Source: an uncultured Phycisphaerales bacterium
GTDB taxonomy: Bacteria; Planctomycetota; Phycisphaerae; Sedimentisphaerales; Anaerobacaceae
NCBI GenBank assembly: GCA_963772725.1
Contig: CAVYYI010000002.1
Location: 224,001-288,000 of the forward strand
DNA: 64,000 bases
Reading direction: 5' to 3'
In this document: positions 10,185 through 20,469 of the stretch, piece by piece
How the letters are laid out: each line of letters begins with the position of its first letter
Numbering within the stretch: the first letter of the stretch is position 1
Made by a program: the position numbers and the translations under genes
Notes under the pieces: generated by a model
What the model was told of the DNA's origin: nothing
What the model saw: the letters and a program-made list of their open reading frames with translations, nothing else
The model's database searches: none

Positions 10185-11838
10185 AAGACTTCTGCAAAAT
10201 GAATGATTTTTAGCAGAGGTCGGAACGGATAAACAACGCAATGGCAGTGGAACTGATGGATTATTGCAGCATGAGTGTGAATTTTGGTTTTTTTAAGGCC
10301 AGAAGGCCTGTTTAGAGACAGAGTATCCCCGAGAGTTCTGTCTTAGCTCTTTGAAAAGTTAATCGTTCAACGTCAACTGAGACATCAGCCGGCCTTGCGT
10401 CGGTTTGGTATTTGTGCGAATGTTTTATGGCAACGCATTTTCCCGGGCTGTTTAAGCAATATAGCAGCGGCAACGCCGATAAGACTTGCCGTCAGATGAG
10501 CGATTGTCATCTGATTACGCACGGTTTTCAATGAATAGTGCGTAGTCTGTTCAGCTTCACGGTCTCCTAACCGAGCAAAGTATTGCTCAACTGATTCTCT
10601 TTGCTTGAAAGTTTCCTTAAATTCCCTTGAATCCCTTGGGACACGCGAACGTGCATCTTCAGTGATATCAATGTACTTGGTACAGCCGTAGCATTTGCCG
10701 GTATTGAAGGATGGAAGGTTTACCGGACAGGTGTTACTAAGTTTTTCAGCAGTCTTTTTGCTGACCTTTAAGGGGCAGCGAAACTTGATGCGTTCACGAT
10801 TGCCCTCGGTCCATCTTCCGGTCGACCTCATTTCAAGACCAGCATCACAGATGGGACAGCCGTGAGGGCCAAAAGTCTTGTCATCTTTCTGATTTCTTGG
10901 GTTGATTGGGATATATGGGTTTCCCTTCATCTTTCCAACTATAAAGGTGTACAGGTCTCTGACATCGTAGGCCTTATCCGCAAGAAACAGAAAGCCTTTT
11001 CTGACCCTGTATCTGCGTTTGAGTTCTTTAAGCAGCTTGAAGGCAACCTGCTGGTCTGTGGTGTTGTTTGGCAGAGTTATTTCAACAAGCGATATTCCTT
11101 GTTTTGAGATTATGACATGTGTCCTGTATCCCCAGAAGAACAGCATGTTTTCCTTTTTGCCGTTGAGGACCTGACAAGAATAATAGCTCAATGTTGCAGC
11201 AGGATTTCGAGTGGGCGTCTTGGTTTTATCGGTGGTGTTTCGGGCGGGATTTTTGAGATTATTTTCTTTTGTGGCAGCCATAACAGGTTTGGAGTCAATG
11301 ATCAAGGTATCAAGGCTGACTAATCCCTGTTCGATAAGCCGCTGATTTAGACGGTAATGAATTTCTTTGAGAACAGAGTTATCGGTATCTGCCAAGAAAC
11401 GATAGAATTGGGATTCGTCCGGCATATTCCCGAGCGTAAAGCCGCACAGTTCCAGCAGAGGCGGATTGGCTTGAAGATATTCGATAAGCTCAGGGACAGA
11501 TTTTATTTGCTGAAGATGTTTGACGATGAGTGCTCTCAGGATGGCATGTCGTGAGTGACCTGTTCTGCCGACACCGAAGTTTCTGTCGGGCAGAATGGAA
11601 ATATCGAGAGCCTGAAAGAGATAGAAGTACTTTCGCAGCAGCGATGAATTTCTGACAAGCTCCTGGAGGTCATAAAATAGTGACGTTTGAACGTGGTACA
11701 TAAAAAAATCTCCTTTATTTTGGTTGTAAGTCCTTTTACTGACAACGCTTACATAATATCCAAAATGGAGGAGATTGCAAGAAAAATAATGACATAAGTC
11801 GTTATTTAACAAATATTTATGAATTTTACAAAAGGCTT
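10185..11838 (-). mobile_element. Same insertion sequence, copy 2 (tandem)
   Basis: Repeat of copy 1 at offset 1664, followed by a third ATAATTATTA at 11839-11848. Confidence 0.9.
10385..11701 (-). CDS. DDE transposase, copy 2
   Basis: Translation identical to copy 1. Confidence 0.9.
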   Translation of the reverse strand: MYHVQTSLFYDLQELVRNSSLLRKYFYLFQALDISILPDRNFGVGRTGHSRHAILRALIVKHLQQIKSVPELIEYLQANPPLLELCGFTLGNMPDESQFYRFLADTDNSVLKEIHYRLNQRLIEQGLVSLDTLIIDSKPVMAATKENNLKNPARNTTDKTKTPTRNPAATLSYYSCQVLNGKKENMLFFWGYRTHVIISKQGISLVEITLPNNTTDQQVAFKLLKELKRRYRVRKGFLFLADKAYDVRDLYTFIVGKMKGNPYIPINPRNQKDDKTFGPHGCPICDAGLEMRSTGRWTEGNRERIKFRCPLKVSKKTAEKLSNTCPVNLPSFNTGKCYGCTKYIDITEDARSRVPRDSREFKETFKQRESVEQYFARLGDREAEQTTHYSLKTVRNQMTIAHLTASLIGVAAAILLKQPGKMRCHKTFAQIPNRRKAG

Positions 11839-11867
11839 ATAATTATTACTAAAAGGAGAATATAAAA

Positions 11868-14588
11868 ATGGCAAAGAAAATGGTTTACTTTTTCGGCGAA
11901 GGCAAGGCCGAAGGTAACGCGAAAATGAAGGAGCTTTTGGGCGGCAAAGGCGCAAATCTGGCCGAAATGGCCAATATCGGCGTGCCTGTTCCGCCCGGTT
12001 TTACAATCACAACGGAGGTATGCACACATTACTATCAGAACAAAAAAACATCTCCCAAAGGGCTGAAGGAAGAAGTCAAAAAGGCGATGGAAAAGGTCGA
12101 GAAAATGATGGGCAAAAAATTCGGCGACCCCGAAAACCCGCTTCTGGTTTCCGTACGTTCAGGGGCAAGGCGTTCGATGCCCGGAATGATGGAAACGGTT
12201 TTGAATGTCGGCCTGACCGAAAAAACCATACCCGGCCTGATAAACAGAAAGCGGCGACGAGCGATTTGTTTACGACGCATATCGCCGGCTGATTATGATG
12301 TACTCCGATGTCGTGATGGAAAAGGCCGCCGGCATCGAGCCGAAGGATGACAGGGTATCCGCAAGCAGCTTGAAAAGATTATGGACGAGCTGAAGGAGAA
12401 AAAAGGCTATAAGAGCGATACCGACCTGACTGCCGAAGACCTTAAAAACCTTTGCGAATTGTTCAAGACAAGCGTTAAAGAAGTTCTGGGCAAGGATTTC
12501 CCCGATGACCCCAATGAGCAGTTATGGGGCGGCATTAACGCAGTGTTCGCATCGTGGAACGGCAAACGCGCTATCAGCTACCGCCGGATTGAAGGCATCC
12601 CGGATGAATGGGGCACAGCAGTCAACGTTCAGACGATGGTCTTCGGAAATATGGGCGAGGAATCGGCTACGGGCGTGGCGTTCACGCGTAATCCCGGCAA
12701 CGGCGAAAATAATTTCTACGGCGAATACCTGATCAACGCACAGGGCGAAGATGTAGTCGCGGGTATCCGGACACCGGCTCCCATAAACGAGTATTCAACA
12801 GTCCGAACATAATAAAGAATCTCGTTACACTCGAAAAGGAGATGCCGAAGACTTTACAAGGAATTGTTCGCCATTCAAAACAAGCTTGAAAAGCATTACC
12901 GCGATATGCAGGATATCGAGTTCACGATCGAAAAAGGCAAGCTGTTTATGCTGCAGTGCCGCATCGGCAAGCGCAACGGCCCGGCGGCGGTGCGAATGGC
13001 AATGGATATGCTGAAGGAAAAGACTGATCAAGAAGGAAGAGGCTGTAATGCGGGTAACGCCTGCGCAGCTGGATGAACTGCTGCACCCGATTATCGACCC
13101 GAAGGCTGAAAAGCGTCACGAACCCCGATAGCGAAAGGTTTACCGGCGGGTCCGGGCGGCGCAACAGGGCAAATCGTATTCTCCGCCCACGATGCCGTTA
13201 ATGGGCAAAGCACGGCAAAAAAGTAATTCTGGTTCGCGAAGAGACAAATCCGGAAGACGTAGAAGGTATGCGTGCGGCGCAGGCCATTTTGACCGCTCGC
13301 GGCGGTATGACCTCGCACGCGGCACTTGTCGCTCGCGGCTGGGGTAAATGCTGCATCGTCGGCTGCAGCGCATCTGCATGTCGAACACGACAAAAAGGAA
13401 GTTACACGTCGGAGGTAAAATTTCAACGAAGGCGACTGGATTACGCTCAACGGCACCAAGGGAAACGTATATGATGGCAGCTGCCTATGATTGACGCGGC
13501 AGAGAATAAACTTCTGGCCGATTTCCTCAAGGTATGCGATTCAATCAGGAAACTCGGCATCCGCACAAATGCCGACACACCCGAAGACGCACAAAAGCCC
13601 GCTTGTTCGGCGCAGAAGGCATCGGCCTGTTCAGAACCGAACACATGTTCTACGGCAAAGGTTCCGATGAGCCGTTGTTTATCCTTCGCAAGATGATTGT
13701 TTCAAGACACTCGAAGAACGAAAGAAAGCCGTCGAAGAACTGTTCCCGTATGTAAAAAAAGATATTAAGGGCACAATAGAGGCGATGGACGGTCTGCCGG
13801 TGGTGATTCGTCTGCTTGACCCGCCATTGCATGAGTTCGTGCCGCGCAATCAGGATAAACTCGAAGCAATTGGCAAACGACCTCAATATCAGCATGGATG
13901 AACTGTCCAAACGTGCCGACAATCTGCACGAGTCCAACCCGATGATGGGACATCGCGGCGTTCGCCTCGGCGTTACTTATCCGGAAGTCAGCGAAATGCA
14001 GATTCGCGCGATATTCGAAGCCGCCGCGGAACTGCTCAAGGAAGGCAAAAAGCCGTATCCTGAAATAATGATTCCGGTTGTCTGCGACGTAAAGGAACTC
14101 AAGAATCAGCAGGCCATTGTGCAGAAAGTTTACAAAGAGGTTCTCGCAAAATACAACCTCAAGAAGATTAAACACATGTTCGGCACAATGATTGAGATTC
14201 CGCGCGCGGCCATCGTGGCTGACCAGATTGCCGAAGTTGCCGAGTTCTTCTCGTTCGGCACCAACGATCTGACGCAGATGGGCTTCGGCTTTTCTCGCGA
14301 TGATATCGGCGGCTTCTTGCCCGATTACCTCAAAAAAGGTATTCTGCCAGACGACCCGTTCCAGACCATCGACCAGCAGGGTATCGGCGAGCTGATAAAG
14401 ATCGGCATCGAGCGAGGCACGCAAAGACCCGCAAAAACCTCGAAGTCGGCATCTGCGGCGAACACGGCGGCGAACCAAAGAGTATCGACTTCTGCCACAG
14501 CGTCGGGATGGATTATGTCTCCTGCTCGCCTTTCAGAGTGCCTATCGCACGATTGGCGGCAGCACAGGCCGCTGTGGTAAATAAATAA
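11868..14588 (+). pseudogene. ppdK: Pyruvate, phosphate dikinase with many frameshifts (true pseudogene or sequencing errors)
   Basis: [43 protein letters not shown] (phospho-His), GIGLFRTEHMF, SFGTNDLTQ and C-terminal ARLAAAQA, spread over several frames. Confidence 0.9.
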
Positions 14589-14620
14589 AGAGCTTTTGTA
14601 TAAAAGTTCTGTTGAACGAT

Positions 14621-14655
14621 AACGGCTGTGAGCCAATAACTCACAGCCGTTTTTA
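14621..14655 (+). terminator. Intrinsic terminator after ppdK
   Basis: 12-bp stem AACGGCTGTGAG / CTCACAGCCGTT followed by a T run. Confidence 0.85.
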
Positions 14656-14679
14656 TTTCTACTCTCTACATCTAAAAAA

Positions 14680-16047
14680 TTACAACTTCAGTTCTGTCTG
14701 CAAAAAAGCGAGGTCTTTATTATGATTGATTTTAAAGAGCCATTTCAGCTTATGGACGGTCATTGCGTCAAGGTCTATCAAAACAGGGCCGTGCCGTGTA
14801 ATAAGAATATTAGTGTGCTTCAGGTCGCCGTGAGATATGCGATATTTGCTCAGCCTGTTGATTAATTCTATGACATCGCTGAGGGCCTTACTCTTCTGCT
14901 GACTGCCTATGCTTTCATCCCGTAAAAAATCATAAAGTTTCGGGGCCTCAACAAATTCCGTAACAAAATAAGACTTCCATATCAGCGGCCCTTTATACTC
15001 TTCTATAAAAGCCAACGGCCTCGGCGTAGCCGCGCCAAGCATACCCAAACGATGGGCATTCAGCCAGCACCGCCTCGCGCGGGAATGCCTGATTGTGTGC
15101 CGAAAAGAATGAATCAAATTTTTATGATTAAACCTTTTTACCACAATATCCTTACCATTCCACATCAGTCGAGAAACATAACAGGTGTTTCCGTCTTTAA
15201 GAATCGAGCCTGCATCCATTAACTTGTCTATTTGATTAATAAAATCGATTCCATCAGCATCCATTAAGAAATCCGCCGCGAAAACGGCAAGACATCTGCC
15301 GGTTTTGATTCTGACTTTCCTTTTGCCCGTACGCATACATTTCTTTAATTGTTTTCTGATGGCCGTTTTGGTGTGTGCCGCCGCCTTCCTCTCCAAAAGC
15401 AGTATATCTTCTTTATCAAAATGCCATCCGCGACATTGTGCATATTCCTCAGAAAGCTTTGAAACCGAATGTGGGTTTTCCGCCGGCAAACCCATAACCA
15501 GCCATGCCAGATGCGAAATACTCTCTTTCCGCGACAACTCCCCGGAATAAAACTTCACCTGCCCGGGGTCGATGGTAAAAACCTTGTCATTTTTCAGCAA
15601 AAAATTCCCAAGATGAAAGTCCTTTTGCAAAACCCCCTTTTGGTGCTGAGCAGCCATTTCCCTGCAAACCAAAAGCAAGATATTAAGCTTTGCCTCGGGA
15701 CTTTTCATTCCGAGAAAAATATCAATCGCCGGCAGTGAATCCGATACTTTTTCTTCAACCAGCGCCCAATACCCATCGCTTGTTTTTCCGCAAAACAGCG
15801 GTTCAGGCGAATTAAGACCCCGTTTGCGCAATTCGTTCAATCCCCGCCATTCTTTTTTGAGATGAAGCCCCGCCTTTATTCTATGACGAAAAACCTTAAC
15901 AATAACAGCTTTATTATTCCATACTGCGTCATAGACCTGCCTTACCCCATGAATATTCCGCAGCAAGGCCTTGCAATACAGGCGCTGCTCTTGCGTCTCC
16001 TCGCCGCAAACAGGTTTGATTAAAAGCTGATATGAAAATTCAGTCAT
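14680..16047 (-). CDS. Lipopolysaccharide kinase family protein (Kdo/WaaP/InaA), two tandem kinase domains
   Basis: Catalytic loops KDFHLGNFL...IDPG and HGDLKHTNIL...IDLD. Start codon uncertain. Confidence 0.8.
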   Translation of the reverse strand: MTEFSYQLLIKPVCGEETQEQRLYCKALLRNIHGVRQVYDAVWNNKAVIVKVFRHRIKAGLHLKKEWRGLNELRKRGLNSPEPLFCGKTSDGYWALVEEKVSDSLPAIDIFLGMKSPEAKLNILLLVCREMAAQHQKGVLQKDFHLGNFLLKNDKVFTIDPGQVKFYSGELSRKESISHLAWLVMGLPAENPHSVSKLSEEYAQCRGWHFDKEDILLLERKAAAHTKTAIRKQLKKCMRTGKRKVRIKTGRCLAVFAADFLMDADGIDFINQIDKLMDAGSILKDGNTCYVSRLMWNGKDIVVKRFNHKNLIHSFRHTIRHSRARRCWLNAHRLGMLGAATPRPLAFIEEYKGPLIWKSYFVTEFVEAPKLYDFLRDESIGSQQKSKALSDVIELINRLSKYRISHGDLKHTNILITRHGPVLIDLDAMTVHKLKWLFKINHNKDLAFLQTELKL

Positions 16048-16065
16048 ATTAAAAGATTCTAAATG

Positions 16066-16118
16066 CATTTTAAGCTTTGGTTTTTGAACTCTCAAACTGA
16101 CCATCCGTCAGTTTGAGT
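16066..16118 (+). repeat. 53-bp intergenic hairpin repeat, copy A
   Basis: 46/53 identical to 20364-20416. Contains an 11-bp stem CTCAAACTGAC / GTCAGTTTGAG. Confidence 0.75.
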
Positions 16119-16121
16119 ATC

Positions 16122-18320
16122 TTAACCGGCCATTATCTGCTTTTCATATAAACTCTGATAAAGCTCACAGCTTTTGCTCAATTCCGCGTGATTGCCCTGC
16201 GCAACAATTCGGCCGTCATTCATCACAACTATCACATCGGCATTGATAATGGTGCTGAACCTATGCGCTATTATAAAACACGTCCGCTCCCGCATCATTT
16301 CCTCAATAGCTTTATGAATCTTAGCCTCGCTGTCCGCGTCAACCTGGCTGGTGGCCTCGTCAAAAATAAGTATCGTCGGGTTCTTCAAAATCGCACGGGC
16401 GATAATTATTCTCTGTAACTGCCCGCCGCTAAGCCCTGTCCCCTGCTCTCCAATCATTGAGTCATAACCGTTTGGTAATGGTGCGATAAACTCATGGGCA
16501 TACGCGCGTTTTGCCGCATCAATAATCTGCTCTCGCGTAGCATCCAGCCTGCCGTAGGCGATGTTGGCCGCTATCGTATCATTAAATGTCACCACATTCT
16601 GGGTAACCATCGCGATCTGGTTTCGCAAACTAAAAAGCGTTACATCGCGAATATCTTTGCCGTCTATCAGGATACTGCCGCTATTCGGGTCATAAAACCT
16701 CGGAACTAAATTTGCCAGCGTCGTTTTGCCTGAACCGTTAGGTCCTACCAGTGCAATAGTATGACCTGCTTTAACTGACAGATTTATTTTTTTTAACACG
16801 GGCCTGTCAGTTTTGGGATAATTAAATAAAACATTCCTGAATTCTATGTTCTTTTTCAGCACAGGCAGTTCAGCTGCGCCAGGTTTGTCTATTTCAACCG
16901 GCTGGTCCATAAGTGCAAAGACTCTGTCCGAAGCGGCGTTTGCTTCCTGAAGCTTGTTCCAGATGTCGCTTGTTTTTCTCGTTGCTTCAGCGGCACAACC
17001 AAGGAAAACCAGCAATGTCAAAAACGATTCACCCTCAATCTTATTTTGTGTAACCCACTGAACGCCCGCTATTAATGCGGCAAAAGCCGCTCCCATTCCC
17101 AATACTTCCAGCACAGGCATCGTAGCGGAATCAACCCTTGAAATCTTAAGCAGTTGTTTCAGCAACTTGTTATTAATCTCTCTAAAAGCAGACTCTTCAT
17201 GTTTTTGCTGGTTATAAACCTTTACCACTTTAAGACCGTTCATGGTATCCTGAAGTTTAGCAAGCAGCTGGGACCATGCCATCAGAGATTTTTTTGACGC
17301 CTTTTTCATCTTCTTACCAAGTAAGGCCACGGCCCCGAGCACCAGAGGCGCACTGGCAATAAATATGACTGTTAATTGCCAGTTAATAAGCATTGCCGCG
17401 GCGAGGAAAAAAGTCGCATTTAAAGGCTCTCTCAGGGCCTTACCAAGCATAATTTTTACGGCCTTACCCATCGCGGCGGTATCGCCTATAAGGCGGCTTA
17501 CCGTGTCACTAGGCCTTTCGGTATTAAAAAAACCTATCGGCATATACATAACATGCTTAAACGCGTCTTCACGCAGACGATTTATTCCAACCTGCACTAC
17601 TTTCTCCGCCAGATAATCCTGGCAGAACTTCGCAAAACAGCGAATTACTGTAACGATGCCGATTATCGCTACAATAAAGATAATATCCTTCATTTTGTTA
17701 TTCTGATTTTCACTTCTCGGCAGGAAACTTATAACATACCGCAATTGACTGCTAACCCAAGTCTTGAGCGACCATTTTATTTTTTCAAAGATATTCCAAT
17801 CTAAACTCTCAATAAAAGCTTTATCCGAAGGGCTGTGCAGCGTCAAAACCGCATCCTGCTCTGGGCTGTTTCGTCTGACGTGTACGGCGATTTCATTCTT
17901 GCCAGTTGCGGCCAATTCTCTTAATAAATCAACAGAAACTGTTTTTTCAATTTGTGTTCCTGCCTGAATCGTTCCAATTCCGACTATCCTGTCAAAACGC
18001 GCAAAACCCGCTTCTCGGGCCAAACCTTTTTTCTGCACCCCGGTTAAGATAAGCTCATGCACAAAATCTTTTTCGTTGTTTTGGATAAAATCTTCCATAT
18101 CAGGCACATAAAAAGACACCCCGTACTGCCATTCGCAGGTCTTTCTATCAACCCAGCCGTGCAGACCTTCCTTGCCCATCATGACTTTCATCAGGGGGAT
18201 AATTGTCATAAAGCTGAGCGACAACAGCATCGAGACAACTATCACACTCAGAACGACAACGATAATCCTTGGCCACTGAGGCAGGATATACGCAAACATC
18301 CGTTTAAAGGAACCCATCAA
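16122..18320 (-). CDS. MsbA-like ABC exporter (permease plus ATPase) with a large extracytoplasmic insertion
   Basis: TM helices, Walker A GPNGSGKT, signature LSGGQ, DEATS, AHR. Confidence 0.85.
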   Translation of the reverse strand: MMGSFKRMFAYILPQWPRIIVVVLSVIVVSMLLSLSFMTIIPLMKVMMGKEGLHGWVDRKTCEWQYGVSFYVPDMEDFIQNNEKDFVHELILTGVQKKGLAREAGFARFDRIVGIGTIQAGTQIEKTVSVDLLRELAATGKNEIAVHVRRNSPEQDAVLTLHSPSDKAFIESLDWNIFEKIKWSLKTWVSSQLRYVISFLPRSENQNNKMKDIIFIVAIIGIVTVIRCFAKFCQDYLAEKVVQVGINRLREDAFKHVMYMPIGFFNTERPSDTVSRLIGDTAAMGKAVKIMLGKALREPLNATFFLAAAMLINWQLTVIFIASAPLVLGAVALLGKKMKKASKKSLMAWSQLLAKLQDTMNGLKVVKVYNQQKHEESAFREINNKLLKQLLKISRVDSATMPVLEVLGMGAAFAALIAGVQWVTQNKIEGESFLTLLVFLGCAAEATRKTSDIWNKLQEANAASDRVFALMDQPVEIDKPGAAELPVLKKNIEFRNVLFNYPKTDRPVLKKINLSVKAGHTIALVGPNGSGKTTLANLVPRFYDPNSGSILIDGKDIRDVTLFSLRNQIAMVTQNVVTFNDTIAANIAYGRLDATREQIIDAAKRAYAHEFIAPLPNGYDSMIGEQGTGLSGGQLQRIIIARAILKNPTILIFDEATSQVDADSEAKIHKAIEEMMRERTCFIIAHRFSTIINADVIVVMNDGRIVAQGNHAELSKSCELYQSLYEKQIMAG

Positions 18321-18449
18321 ACTTATCTCCAGCTTCTTTTAAAATTAAACCTTAGAACGATAGCATACTATACCCAACAGGTCAAGTAATATGCCCGCCT
18401 GTGAGGGGTTTTCAAATGTATTCAACCTACTATTTCACGATACTGCACA

Positions 18450-19926
18450 TTAGACAATGTATGTACTGGAAGCCGTTGTGCCGCCGTGTCCTGTCCAGTT
18501 GGTATGGAAAAACTCTCCTCGCGGCTTATCAACTCTCTCGTAAGTATGTGCACCAAAATAATCCCGCTGCGCCTGAAGCAGATTGGCGGGCAGCCTGTTA
18601 TGGCGATAACCGTCGTAATATGCCAAAGCCGCGCTGATGGCCGGCATGGGAATACCAAGCCCAACCGCCGCCTTAACAACACGACGCCACGAATCCTGTG
18701 CCTTTGTAACTGCCTTTTTGAAGAACGGGTCTAGCAGCAAATTAACAAGACCCTGATTATTATCGAATGCCTCTTTTATCTTCCCAAGAAATGCCGAGCG
18801 AATAATACAGCCGCCCCGCCACATAAGAGCGATACCGCCGTTATTGAGATTCCACTTGTATTCCGTCGCAGCCGCCCGCATAAGCTGATAACCCTGCGCA
18901 TAACTGACAATCTTTGACGCGTACAATGCCTGTTTCAGGTCATTAAGCAATTCCTTTTTGTCACCATCAAATTTCGTTTTAGGCCCTTTGAGAATTTTCG
19001 ACGCCGCAACACGCTCATCCTTAATCGCTGACAAACACCTCGCAAAAACCGCCTCGCCTATAAGCGTTAGAGGCTGCCCAAAATCAAGTGCGGCTATTAC
19101 CGCCCATTTTCCGGTCCCCTTCTGGCCCGCTGTATCGAGAATCAAGATCGATGACCTCATTGCCCTGCTCATCCTTATAGGCAAGAATATCCCGTGTTAT
19201 CTCGAATAAGATATGAATCAAGCTCACCCTTATTCCACTCGGCAAAAACCTTATGCATCTCCTGGTTGGTCATCCCCAGACCTTCCTTCATCATTTGATA
19301 GGTCTCGCAAATCATCTGCATATCGCCGTACTCGATGCCGTTATGCACCATCTTTACGAAATGCCCCGCGCCATTTTCACCGACCCAGTCGCAGCAGGGC
19401 TGGCCGTCATCGGTATTTGCGGCAATCTTCTGGAATATCGGCTTTACCGCGGGCCATGCCTTGGGTGAGCCACCCGGCATAATCGACGGGCCAAGAAGAG
19501 CGCCCTCTTCGCCGCCGGAAACACCAGTCCCAATATAAAGTTTACCCTTACTCTCAACATAAGCTGTCCTGCGAATAGTATCAGGAAAATGACTGTTGCC
19601 GCCGTCAATGATAATGTCTCCGTTTTCAAGAGCGGCAGCACCAGCTCAATAAAATCATCCACCGCCTGTCCGGCCTTAATCATCAGCATAACCTTTCGCG
19701 GCTTATTCAACGCACCTGCAAGCTCTTCAATGGAATGACAGCCTATGAGATTTTTATTCTTGCCTCTGCCGTTAATAAATTCATCCACCTTAGATACCGT
19801 ACGATTAAAGCATGCCACCGTAAAACCCTTGCTTTCCATATTCAGGATTAGATTTTCACCCATCACCGCCAAACCAATCAAACCTATATCCGCCTGCGGT
19901 GAGCTTGCCGAATCTGCCTTACCCAT
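18450..19926 (-). CDS. gnd: NADP-dependent 6-phosphogluconate dehydrogenase (frameshifted, likely sequencing errors)
   Basis: [61 protein letters not shown]. Confidence 0.93.
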
Positions 19927-20363
19927 CTTGCACTATCCTTTCAATTATGGTCGTTTACTGCCTTGGGGTATATCTTGACTGCTTCAATGTCTATTTATGT
20001 CATTCCAAACCAGATGAAAACAAAACAATATGTTGCGCTAAAAACATCCAGAAATCAAGCGGCAAAATTGGGCCTTTTTACTTTTTACATTTTGCTTCTT
20101 TATTTTCCTTCCGGGATACTCAGTATAAAACCGTTAGACAGCCTATGCAGCATTTCGCCCGCGTGATGCACAACAAGTATCTCCTGGTCTTCCCTATTCT
20201 CGTAATCCTCGATATCTATCGTCCGCCGCCAAGCGTATCCTGTTATTATAAAAACCTGAAAAATTCTCAACTGACCAATTTATCGCTAACAATCAATATA
20301 AGCTATATAATATCAAATCCAATAAAAATAGCATCCTGCTTTCGGCGGAATTCCATAATTTTA

Positions 20364-20416
20364 CATTTTAACCTTTGATTTTTGAACTCTCAGACTGACC
20401 ATTTGTCGGTTTAAGT
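20364..20416 (+). repeat. 53-bp intergenic hairpin repeat, copy B
   Basis: Direct repeat of 16066-16118. Confidence 0.75.
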
Positions 20417-20469
20417 CATGGATAATTTGCACTTGCCTTTATGCGTGGTTACTGCTATATCTTTATACA

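Noticed and set aside
13765..14478. Long antisense ORFs (also 21067-21786, 34111-34824, 35800-36384, 36496-37128)
   Set aside because: These are shadow frames opposite well-supported genes.
19899..20378. 159-aa plus-strand ORF between gnd and aroDE
   Set aside because: No recognisable motif, atypical composition, and it overlaps the gnd start and repeat-like intergenic DNA.
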